DNA of 64,000 nucleotides from an uncultured archaeon (lineage in GTDB: Archaea > Thermoplasmatota > Penumbrarchaeia > JASLWR01): contig CAYFHS010000011.1 of the NCBI GenBank assembly GCA_964342815.1, positions 32,001 to 96,000 on the forward strand. Direction: 5' to 3'. Made by a program: the position numbers and the translations under genes. Positions 39,520 through 48,359 of this stretch are shown here, piece after piece. The notes beneath the pieces were generated by a model, which saw only the letters and a program-made list of their open reading frames with translations, searched no databases and had not been told where the DNA came from. Each line of letters starts with the position of its first letter. Position 1 is the first letter of the stretch.

Positions 39520-42129
39520 TTGCATCACTTTCATGGGATGATATTCATGTTTACAAGGCGCCCGATGGACACATTTTTCTCAATACTGATCCTGGTTCCG
39601 GTCATATTGATCTGTTTTCAGATGATTGGAAATACCGATTTTTCTTTTTCGCGCAGCGCAGCTGCGGATGATTACTGGAAAGCTTATTGGGATTCGGACT
39701 TCGACAATTGGGACTATATGAACCTCACTATCGACGCGGAAGGTAACCTCACCCTCGAACAGGTCTTGGGGAACTACACCGGTTCCGGGAACGCCACTTC
39801 CACTCCCATGAATGCCGGTGCAGATGGAATATGGAAAACGCTTAGCTGGAATGCCACAACAGAGCAGAACACATCGGTCAAGTTTCAAATAAGGAACGGT
39901 ACAACCATGACCGAGTGTATTTCAAACGCGTTCTCGGGTCCCTTTGGCTCTGATTCATACTACGCCATATCAGGAAGTGCGATCAGCGGGCACCAAAATC
40001 GGGGGGAATGGATACAGTACAAGGTTTTTCTAAATAGCACAAATAATAGTATGACTCCCGTACTTAGCAATGTCAGCGCCACTTTCAATTTTTTTCCACG
40101 GATGCACGGCGGAGTTAGCCTGGTTTATGGTTACGAGGGAAAGTCGTACAATTTCACCAGCAGTTATTTCGACAGCAATAACGCACCGCCTTCCCTGATC
40201 GAAGTTGTAATAGACGGGGTGGGCCATGGAATGAATGAAAAAGACGGCAATGATACCGATCATTCCGACGGGAAGCAATATGTCTACAACACTCCTTTGG
40301 CGGCGGGACAGCATTCCTACTGGTTCATAGCCTCCGACGGAGAGCTGAATTGTTCCACCGATGCTATGACTATAACGGTGGAGGAAGAAAGTGACGATGA
40401 TGACGATGACGACGACGATGATCCGGTGTTGGCGGATTTAAAATCCATTGATATCTTTCCCAAAAACGAGATAGTATTTATCGGTGGAACAATCCACTTC
40501 AATGCCGAGGGAATAAACAAAACCGGAGGGCATTTGGTGATAAATCCCACTTGGGCGGTCAACGGCGGTGGGACCATCGACGAGTACGGGCTTTTTACAG
40601 CTAGCTCAGACGGAAATTGGTACGTATATGCAAATGTTTCCGGGGTGCCGGGTCGCACAACGTTCACCGTAAGTGATGGGAAGCTTCATACTCTAATAAT
40701 CACCCCAAAATCCACCAGCGTCCCCCTTGGTGGATGGTTTACTTTCACTTTTGAAAGTCTCGATAAATTCGGTCTTTCAGTTAACATTGAACCAGTATGG
40801 TCCGTGAACGGGGGCGGGAGCATAGAAAGCAATGGGGAATTCTATGCATCGAAGCTGGGAACATGGACCGTGTACGCCAATGCTTCAGGTATCAGCGGGA
40901 CTGCCACCATAAGCGTGGGCGGGCTGCACCGGATCGAGCTTCATTCCAATGAAACATCGGAAAATGAAACAATTATCAATGTAAGCGAGTCAATAAAATT
41001 CACTGCAAAAGGGTATGGTTCGGATGGTAACGAGATAAACTTCACCCCCGTATGGTCCGTTAATGGGGGCGGTACAATAATAAATGGAACTTTCACTGCC
41101 ACGGGATCCGGCAGGCGTATTATAACCGCAAGTTTCGGTGATGTGGCAGGAAGCGTGAACATCACGGTTGTAAGGCCGGATATTCCCCAGGATACGGATG
41201 ATACAACCAATGAGGATTCTGCCAATGATGGCGAGTCCGAGCGAAGCGTGGACAAATTCAGAAAATGGGCGAAAAATAATTTTCCCACCATAATGTTGTT
41301 ACTGGTAATGCTGCTGCTGTTCTTCTCGGTTATTATATACATTGTATTTAGGAAAAAGGCAACTGAAGATGAAGCTGAAATTGAATATTCCGATGAAGAT
41401 TGGGCAGAAGAAGTATCTTCTGATGAAATGACCTGGGGGAAGTCTTTAATACGGGAGGAGACGATTGAAATGGAAGATACGAACGAGTGGGAGGAGCTGG
41501 ATACAATAAGCGAGTGGGATACTTGGACTGTCACAGATTATGACCTTGAGTCTGCCAAACCAGTGAAGAGAAGATATCGACGAGAACGAAGAGGACGATA
41601 CAGGCCGGAGAGGGATAACAAGATCGAATGGGACACTGGGCCCGTGGGTAGGGGTAAGAAAAAGACCTGGAGCCGATACAAACCCCCGGTGAAAAAGAGG
41701 AGGGGTAGGAAAAAGAAGAAACGCGAAGGGAAGTCCCGTAAGGAAGATTACCTTGATGAGGGTGACCTGCTGGATTACGATGATGCGGAAGATGAAGTGA
41801 TCGATTACGAGGAGGAAGACCGCAGTTATGAGGATGTCCAGTTGGAGTTCGATGATGCGGAAGAAAAAGTGATCGATTTCATGGAGGAAGACCGCAGTTA
41901 TGAGGATGACCGGCCTGAGTTCCTCGAAGAAGATGGGGAGGATGAGGAGGATGAGGATGAAGAAGAGGATGAAAGGGAATATGGAGAGGATGAAGGGGAA
42001 GATGAAGATGACAAACCAGAGCTTGAGGAGGAAGAAGAGGAATTTGAATTGGATGGAGGGGACGTTGATTTCTGGGAAGAAGAAATACTCGACGATAATG
42101 AAGAGGCTGATTTTTGGTATGACGGATAG
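39520..42129 (+). CDS. Membrane-anchored surface protein (Ig-like group-2 repeats, TM, basic then very acidic tail); true start probably ATG 39538-39565
   Basis: Repeated PxWSVNGGG.I units; TM IMLLLVMLLLFFSVIIYIVF; 72-bp tandem duplication at 41779/41851 in the tail. Confidence 0.82.
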   Translation: MHHFHGMIFMFTRRPMDTFFSILILVPVILICFQMIGNTDFSFSRSAAADDYWKAYWDSDFDNWDYMNLTIDAEGNLTLEQVLGNYTGSGNATSTPMNAGADGIWKTLSWNATTEQNTSVKFQIRNGTTMTECISNAFSGPFGSDSYYAISGSAISGHQNRGEWIQYKVFLNSTNNSMTPVLSNVSATFNFFPRMHGGVSLVYGYEGKSYNFTSSYFDSNNAPPSLIEVVIDGVGHGMNEKDGNDTDHSDGKQYVYNTPLAAGQHSYWFIASDGELNCSTDAMTITVEEESDDDDDDDDDDPVLADLKSIDIFPKNEIVFIGGTIHFNAEGINKTGGHLVINPTWAVNGGGTIDEYGLFTASSDGNWYVYANVSGVPGRTTFTVSDGKLHTLIITPKSTSVPLGGWFTFTFESLDKFGLSVNIEPVWSVNGGGSIESNGEFYASKLGTWTVYANASGISGTATISVGGLHRIELHSNETSENETIINVSESIKFTAKGYGSDGNEINFTPVWSVNGGGTIINGTFTATGSGRRIITASFGDVAGSVNITVVRPDIPQDTDDTTNEDSANDGESERSVDKFRKWAKNNFPTIMLLLVMLLLFFSVIIYIVFRKKATEDEAEIEYSDEDWAEEVSSDEMTWGKSLIREETIEMEDTNEWEELDTISEWDTWTVTDYDLESAKPVKRRYRRERRGRYRPERDNKIEWDTGPVGRGKKKTWSRYKPPVKKRRGRKKKKREGKSRKEDYLDEGDLLDYDDAEDEVIDYEEEDRSYEDVQLEFDDAEEKVIDFMEEDRSYEDDRPEFLEEDGEDEEDEDEEEDEREYGEDEGEDEDDKPELEEEEEEFELDGGDVDFWEEEILDDNEEADFWYDG

Positions 42130-42288
42130 AATTCAATAATTTCGGCAATACATGTAATTGAGTTAAATTGCATTATTCGGCTTCATATGAATAAATTGCT
42201 GCACGATCGACGGTAAAAGATACACGAGATGTTATAACTTTCAGGGCTTGTGTCCTGTTGCGACATGATATGTATAAAGGTGTAGGAT

Positions 42289-43239
42289 ATGAGCGGGAAA
42301 GATCCTCAAAGCGAATACGATAACTATCTGGACGTAGCCATGGATATCGAGAATATGAAGATACGGGGCGCGGGCAAGATCGCGAGAATGGGCGCCTTCG
42401 CACTTCGCCTCTTTGCTGAGAAATATTCGAACGACGAGGCAGATTATTATGAAACGTTAACGAAAGCTGCTAAATTACTGTACGATACCCGACCTACAGC
42501 GGTATCTCTCGAAAACGCGCTTTTATCGGTACTCAATTACGTGAGACCCGAGGAGAAGTTGGATGTTATGTTGTCCCAAACCATTGAAGGCGCGAATATT
42601 TTTATTCGGGAAGCATTCGAGTCCCGTGCGGAGCTTACCCGTTTCGGAGCGGGACTCATCAAGGAGGATTACACCGTACACACCCATTGCAATTCAACTG
42701 CTGCCGTCGAATGCATTGTACGGGCCCATAACGACGGGAAAACGGTAAAAGTGCACTCTACGGAATCGCGGCCCCGGTATCAGGGGAGGATCACTGCAAG
42801 GGAGCTTGCGGCCGCTGGAATAGAAGTGAATATGCTGGTTGATTCGGCGGCTAGATTGTATATGGAGGATGCAGACCTTGTCATGGTGGGTGCGGATACG
42901 GTAGCCAGTGACGGCAGTCTCTACAACAAGGTTGGCACGTGGCAGATAGCTCTTGCGGCCAGGGATTCCGGGGTGCCATTTTATACAGTTGCCGAGACTT
43001 TCAAGTTCTCACCCCGCACCCGTAGCGGAATCGAGACCAAGATCGAGCTTAGAGATCCTAGAGAGATTGCAGACCCGGGGGACTTCCCCGGTGTTACAAT
43101 TCTGAACCCTGCATTCGACAGGACCCCCGCATCGCTGATAACTGGTATAATTACCGAGCAGGGAATAGTTGCTCCCGGTGAAGTTCCTGCTGTCATAGAC
43201 CGGAAATTTGCTGGGAAGAAGGTCGATTTCTTCTACTGA
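42289..43239 (+). CDS. Ribose-1,5-bisphosphate isomerase (eIF-2B-like family)
   Basis: IRGAGKIA, TRPTAVSL, THCNS (catalytic Cys), TESRP, VGADT (Asp), NKVGT, NPAFDRTP. Confidence 0.82.
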   Translation: MSGKDPQSEYDNYLDVAMDIENMKIRGAGKIARMGAFALRLFAEKYSNDEADYYETLTKAAKLLYDTRPTAVSLENALLSVLNYVRPEEKLDVMLSQTIEGANIFIREAFESRAELTRFGAGLIKEDYTVHTHCNSTAAVECIVRAHNDGKTVKVHSTESRPRYQGRITARELAAAGIEVNMLVDSAARLYMEDADLVMVGADTVASDGSLYNKVGTWQIALAARDSGVPFYTVAETFKFSPRTRSGIETKIELRDPREIADPGDFPGVTILNPAFDRTPASLITGIITEQGIVAPGEVPAVIDRKFAGKKVDFFY

Positions 43240-43260
43240 TCTTTAATGATATGTGGTTAC

Positions 43261-44196
43261 ATGATATCGTGCAGCAGGTGTGGAAAAGATGCCGTTACTT
43301 TAATCAGGTACAGCGGCGCCCATCTCTGTAAAAGACATTTCAATGAATTTTTCATAAAAAGGATACGTAAAGAGATTAGGTGGCAGGTTGATCTCCGTCA
43401 AAAGAGGAACATAGCAGTTGCAGTATCCGGGGGAAAGGATTCCGCAGCGGTACTATGGTCGCTGAAGGAAATACTGGGAAAGAATCCCGAGATCAAGCTA
43501 ACGGCCGTTACCGTGGACGAGGGTATAGAGGGGTACCGGCCTCCGAACATTTCAGCCGCCAGCAAGTTATGCGAAATGATAGACGTACCTCATGAGATCA
43601 TTTCTTTTTCAGACGTAGTCGGTTTGACCATGGACAAAACATCCCGGATGGCCGAGCCGTTGACGCCGTGCTCTTACTGCGGGGTGTGGAGGAAAAAATG
43701 CCTGAACCAGCGAGCAATGGAGCTGGGGGCGGACGTGCTTGCAACGGGACATAATCTCGATGATATGGCGCAGTCCATAGCCATGAACGTGTTCAACGGC
43801 GACGTAGCTCGATTGATACGCATGGGACCTCACAGGCGAGTACTGCCGGGACTGGTTCCCCGAATAATGCCGCTTCGGACCATTCCGGAGAAGGAAACCT
43901 ATCTGTGGGCTTATCTTAATGAAATTCCGTTCAAGGATTCCGAATGCCCTTATGCCGCCACAGCGCACAGGGGACTTTTCCGAGAGATAGTAAACAAGGT
44001 GGAGAAGAACACACCGGGGACCCGACACCGGCTGCTGGGGAGCTACGATGAGATATACAGATGTATGGCAGATAGGAATAAACCTTCCGAGCTGAATAAT
44101 TGCGTAATATGCGATCAGCCAACGTCACAGGAAACCTGCAAAGCGTGTGAGATGGAGAAAGGTGTTAAAGAGCGGTTAGTTGAGAATGAGGATTAG
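43261..44196 (+). CDS. ttuA: tRNA 2-thiolation protein (TtuA/Ncs6, TIGR00269-like)
   Basis: N-terminal Zn finger CSRC…C…H; PP-loop SGGKDS; CSYCGVWR; GHNLDD; C-terminal CVIC…CKAC. Confidence 0.88.
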   Translation: MISCSRCGKDAVTLIRYSGAHLCKRHFNEFFIKRIRKEIRWQVDLRQKRNIAVAVSGGKDSAAVLWSLKEILGKNPEIKLTAVTVDEGIEGYRPPNISAASKLCEMIDVPHEIISFSDVVGLTMDKTSRMAEPLTPCSYCGVWRKKCLNQRAMELGADVLATGHNLDDMAQSIAMNVFNGDVARLIRMGPHRRVLPGLVPRIMPLRTIPEKETYLWAYLNEIPFKDSECPYAATAHRGLFREIVNKVEKNTPGTRHRLLGSYDEIYRCMADRNKPSELNNCVICDQPTSQETCKACEMEKGVKERLVENED

Positions 44197-44198
44197 GT

Positions 44199-44711
44199 AT
44201 GAAAATACTCGTACACGGTTTTGGCCCTTACCAAAAATGGCGTGACAACATCACTGTGAAGGTCCTTGGGCATTTGAAAGACCGCAAGAATCTCGCAACA
44301 AAGATTTTCGATGTGGCTTTCGATTCTGAGATGTTCCTCAGGGAGATTCGCGAGAACGCCCCCGATGTGGTCATCGGCATGGGCCAACATCCCCGGGCCC
44401 GTAAGATACGAATCGAGCGAACCGCGGTGAACCGCCGAAGAAACTCCCGCGACGATGTGGCGGAAAAAATTGATCCGGACGGTCCTGATAAACTTCATGT
44501 TTGTCTAAAGATACCTGCGGGTCCCGGTCTCCGGATAACTTACAATGCCGGGGATTACGTCTGCAACTTCTCTATGTACGTTCTTGGTCGGTACTGCGTC
44601 GAGAGGAACATAAGATACGGTTTTTTGCACGTCCCCATGAAGATGGATCCGAAGGTGGCCGCGGGGATAGTCGATGGAATTATTGATTTCGTAGAAGGAG
44701 CTTGTGTATGA
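44199..44711 (+). CDS. pcp: Pyroglutamyl-peptidase I (C15)
   Basis: ILVHGFGPY, RIERTAVN (Glu), AGDYVCN (Cys), GFLHVP (His). Confidence 0.82.
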   Translation: MKILVHGFGPYQKWRDNITVKVLGHLKDRKNLATKIFDVAFDSEMFLREIRENAPDVVIGMGQHPRARKIRIERTAVNRRRNSRDDVAEKIDPDGPDKLHVCLKIPAGPGLRITYNAGDYVCNFSMYVLGRYCVERNIRYGFLHVPMKMDPKVAAGIVDGIIDFVEGACV

Positions 44712-44759
44712 GGTGACTCTGATGAAGTTTCCGATCCAAATATCGAAAACTTTCGATTA

Positions 44760-46745
44760 TTATCTATCTTTTGATTTGTCCTTTTTTCTTCGCATATAGA
44801 CCCATGTGAGAACTGAGATTATGGCAATTGCCGTAATTACATGAATACTATTTGCATAGAATCTCCAACTAAGGGGAGGTTTTTCCTTTTGCATAGTTTT
44901 GTGGGGCTGGACAAGTTTTGATTTGTAATCATCGAAAAATACTTCATCTTCATCAAAATCAGTATTTTTAATCTTAATGCTTGAATCCTTCTCGAGGGAA
45001 AACTGAACTATATCTCTCATTTCTCCTTCCCAATTCTCATATTTACCTTTACCATGGTAGAAAATGGTGCTATTAATTATCATTGCTGAAGAGTTATCTA
45101 ATTCCAAAGAACCATAATAACCATCGATTGAACTATTTATTATAAATAGTGAGCTTTCTCTTGCTGTTAATCCCCAATCCAATTCGGAATTGATTTTGCT
45201 GTTGACAATTACTATTGATGATCCTTGACAATGTAGATTGGCAGATCCACTACCTTTTATCTCATTGTTATTCATGTATATATTGTTATTATTAAACCAA
45301 ATTCCGCCACTCACATTTTTCAGCAGATTATTTTCAATTATTGCCCTAAAGACATATGGTGATTCTCGAAAAAGATACGATATCATAGAAATGTCTCCTG
45401 TATCTATAAGTGAATTATTTTTTAGAAGACAGGGACCATCTATCAGAATTGATACTCCTGTATTTTGGTTAATTTCATTATTTAAAATGTATGATAGGCC
45501 CTTCACTTGAATTCCAAATTCTAAATATAAAAATTTATTATTTATTATATGAGACTTTTTAAAAGAGGATCGAAGTCCGGATCCACTATTACAAAATATA
45601 TTTTTTGTAACCATTAAATCCTCTCCCCAACCATATACAGGAGTACTATCAAAAATGTTATTTTCTAATATGTGAAATCCATAAGCGAAGGAAATCCTCT
45701 GACATGAATAAAATTTATTTGTGGAGAGTGTCATATTGGTATAAGAACAAATTAATGAGTTTTTATAGAAAGAACAGTTTTCAAACTCCGCGAGTCCCCC
45801 ATAGATATTCAACCCTTCAGAATAACTTAGATTACAATTATTAAGAGAAATGTTACCAAAAACATTTATTTCGTATCGAGGAAACCACCATTCATTTTTC
45901 ACATTTGAAGTATTTATGGAAGAAATAGAGGAATTGTTTGCCTTGAGTTCCCCACCTTCACTAACGAATATTCCGTAACTTTTTTGACTTGATTCATTCA
46001 CCTTGATTGTCACATTTTCGAATAATAATTTGGCACCCTTTAACACGATCATATTTTTGTCTAGCAGAATCTCCTGGTTTTCAATAACAGTAGTATTTTC
46101 CACGATCCAATCCTCAAGAGCCGGTTTAGGGTAATCTATTAATCCCGTTTTATTGATAAGTGTCATGCCCCAATATTTTGAGTAGAGCGGAGGGGATGTA
46201 ATAAATGGAGGCATTATTATATCAATATGAATTACTCTGTTCAAAGGTAAAAAAAACCTAATACTTCCTTTCATAGAAGGATTGAAATTTCCATCGAATC
46301 TTAATGTTATTGTTGTATTTTGAGTAATAATTCTTGATTCCCATTTGTTATCACGATCCTCAATATCTATTATATTCATTTCCTTAACAAGGAATTCATA
46401 ATATGATGAATTGAAAATATAATCCTCAAATTGGTTATTCCCCTCACGGTCGATATAAGTAAAATATATTTTTAAATCATTTATGTTCAATGGAACCGAT
46501 CCGGGTAGCAATCCCAATTTAACATCAATTGAGGTGATGTTACCTTCTTCAAAATTAGCTAAAACGTTTTTGACATGTATGCATTGAAATTGATTTTCTG
46601 TATTGAGTGACACCGAATATTCAGGATGGACAATTAAATTATTTTCTTCTTTGTCCGAGAAAAAATGTGTGGCCGAGAATATCGTGATCAATAATACCAC
46701 TACAATAAAAATTGCAGCATATTTCTTCTTTTTCGATTTCATCAT
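44760..46745 (-). CDS. AT-rich membrane-anchored protein with right-handed beta-helix (NosD/pectin-lyase-like) repeats
   Basis: N-terminal TM, N/I/S-rich parallel beta-helix repeats (ILENNIF, IINNKF, LKNNSL), C-terminal TM plus RRKK; markedly AT-rich codons. Confidence 0.7.
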   Translation of the reverse strand: MMKSKKKKYAAIFIVVVLLITIFSATHFFSDKEENNLIVHPEYSVSLNTENQFQCIHVKNVLANFEEGNITSIDVKLGLLPGSVPLNINDLKIYFTYIDREGNNQFEDYIFNSSYYEFLVKEMNIIDIEDRDNKWESRIITQNTTITLRFDGNFNPSMKGSIRFFLPLNRVIHIDIIMPPFITSPPLYSKYWGMTLINKTGLIDYPKPALEDWIVENTTVIENQEILLDKNMIVLKGAKLLFENVTIKVNESSQKSYGIFVSEGGELKANNSSISSINTSNVKNEWWFPRYEINVFGNISLNNCNLSYSEGLNIYGGLAEFENCSFYKNSLICSYTNMTLSTNKFYSCQRISFAYGFHILENNIFDSTPVYGWGEDLMVTKNIFCNSGSGLRSSFKKSHIINNKFLYLEFGIQVKGLSYILNNEINQNTGVSILIDGPCLLKNNSLIDTGDISMISYLFRESPYVFRAIIENNLLKNVSGGIWFNNNNIYMNNNEIKGSGSANLHCQGSSIVIVNSKINSELDWGLTARESSLFIINSSIDGYYGSLELDNSSAMIINSTIFYHGKGKYENWEGEMRDIVQFSLEKDSSIKIKNTDFDEDEVFFDDYKSKLVQPHKTMQKEKPPLSWRFYANSIHVITAIAIISVLTWVYMRRKKDKSKDR

Positions 46746-47189
46746 ATATTATGCCTCTTTCAATAGTTCAAGTCATGAATTCATTACTTTATTAACATCA
46801 ACGTCTTTGGATATAGTTTTTACGGTTCCAGACCTTCAGGTATTCGCCCAACGTGTTCTACCTCCAGGTACGTTTGTAGACAATTCTCTACCAACAATAG
46901 TTCAAAATTCGTCAGACGTTTCACGAGTCATCTAAAAAATACATGTAATGATAAGTCGGCAATGTCGGCAGAAAGGGGGGTGGATGTCACCCCTTTAAGA
47001 TATATTTGGTGTAGTAACGCCATCCCAAGCCCCCACCCAACTTCTGCGCTGGCCTGGCCGCTCCCCCCAGGCCTGCTCGAAGTTTTTAATAGACATGATG
47101 GTCTTTTAATATAATAACGGAAAGTAAGACACCTATTGGTCAAATAGGAAATTAGAAATATATTCCATTAGTATATGATTTATCGGGTC

Positions 47190-47222
47190 GGGCCTACGTT
47201 TCTTTCGTCGCAGGCCCTTTTT
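47190..47222 (+). terminator. Hairpin followed by T-run
   Basis: GGGCCTACG (47190-98) pairs with CGCAGGCCC (47209-17), followed by TTTTT. Confidence 0.4.
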
Positions 47223-47512
47223 AGAGATAATTAACTAACGGTAAAACGTAAATTTTAACTAACTCAATTGATGTGCTTACCAAATGGTTTGGACCTTTAA
47301 CGTGAGATCGGAATTTGTATGTTATGGATATATTACTGAAATTCATCTTTTCCCCTATTTGTAGTATCATCGTCAATATTGTCAATGGTGAAAAGCTCGA
47401 CAGAAAGTTGGGCTTTGTAGCTTGACAATGTTCGCGGAATCGCGGTCCCGAAAGGCCGATTCAGCAGAATCCAAGGACAAAGAAAAAATATCTAAAACGA
47501 CTTAATGGGCCT

Positions 47513-48235
47513 GTGACAGAATTCGAAACAATACCTGCCCACATTGCCTTTATAATGGATGGCAACGGCAGGTGGACCCGTAAACACGGCTATGAAGAGC
47601 GAACCCGCGGGCACGAAGCGGGTGCTGCCAACGTGGCGAAGATAGTTACAGCCGCAGACGACCTCGGAGTAAAATACGTGACCTTCTATACTTTTTCCAC
47701 CGAGAACTGGACACGCCCGAAAAGCGAGGTGGATTTTATCCTTCTGGACCTTCTCGTTAGATATCTTCACAAGGAACTGCCCTTTATGATGGACCGCAAT
47801 ATCAGATTCAACGTTATCGGCGATTGGGAAGGTATTCCCAAGGTGGTAAAATTATCCCTCGATGACGTGATGTATGCTTCCAGGGAAAATTCGGGTTTGA
47901 TGATAACTCTCGCAATCAATTACGGTGGTAGGCGGGAGATGCTGGACGGTATCAAGGACTTTGCGAGATCCGCTGTCGAAGATCCCACTTTGATCGAGAA
48001 AATGGATGAGGACGGGTTCAGAAAATATCTATATGATCCGGAGCTTCCCGACCCCGACCTACTGATACGGACCGGCGGGGACCTGCGGATATCCAACTTC
48101 TTTCTGTGGCAGTTATCCTACACGGAAATATATGTCACAGACGTCCTGTGGCCGGATTTCGGACCCCCGGATCTTTTGAATGCCATCGAAGATTATAACC
48201 GGCGTCATAGGCGGTTCGGGGCGCTTCCGCTATAG
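47513..48235 (+). CDS. uppS: cis-polyprenyl (undecaprenyl-type) diphosphate synthase
   Basis: HIAFIMDGNGRW, FSTENWTRP, AINYGGR, PDLLIRTGG, RISNF, C-terminal RRFG. Confidence 0.95.
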   Translation: MTEFETIPAHIAFIMDGNGRWTRKHGYEERTRGHEAGAANVAKIVTAADDLGVKYVTFYTFSTENWTRPKSEVDFILLDLLVRYLHKELPFMMDRNIRFNVIGDWEGIPKVVKLSLDDVMYASRENSGLMITLAINYGGRREMLDGIKDFARSAVEDPTLIEKMDEDGFRKYLYDPELPDPDLLIRTGGDLRISNFFLWQLSYTEIYVTDVLWPDFGPPDLLNAIEDYNRRHRRFGALPL

Positions 48236-48280
48236 CGGAATCAGCACTATTTGGTCATAAACGATTTTTTCTCGGCCATC

Positions 48281-48311
48281 GGCCAATCTTACTCCAATGA
48301 GCTTATATAGG
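48281..48311 (+). promoter_or_regulatory. Conserved promoter/operator, copy 1
   Basis: GGCCAATCTTACTCCAATGAGCTTATATAGG, 28/31 identical to 51020-51050; contains TATA box TTATATAG. Confidence 0.7.
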
Positions 48312-48359
48312 GGGTGAAATGTATTTTTTAATAGGACAATAATTTAAAAGGTGGTGAGC

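Noticed and set aside
42289-43239. Annotation as translation factor eIF-2B or MtnA
   Set aside because: THCNSTAA and the shorter N-terminus fit R15P isomerase better than MtnA (THCNAG.LAT); eIF-2B labels on archaeal homologs are commonly misannotations.
47040-47080. SRP (7S) RNA 5' end
   Set aside because: Only superficial GGCC-GGGGGG similarity; the conserved helix-8 GNRA/AGCA motif was not found in a suitable position.
47275-47305. Third copy of the 69-bp repeat (CCAAATGGTTTGGACCTTTAACGTG)
   Set aside because: Similarity is short and gapped; indistinguishable from chance by eye.
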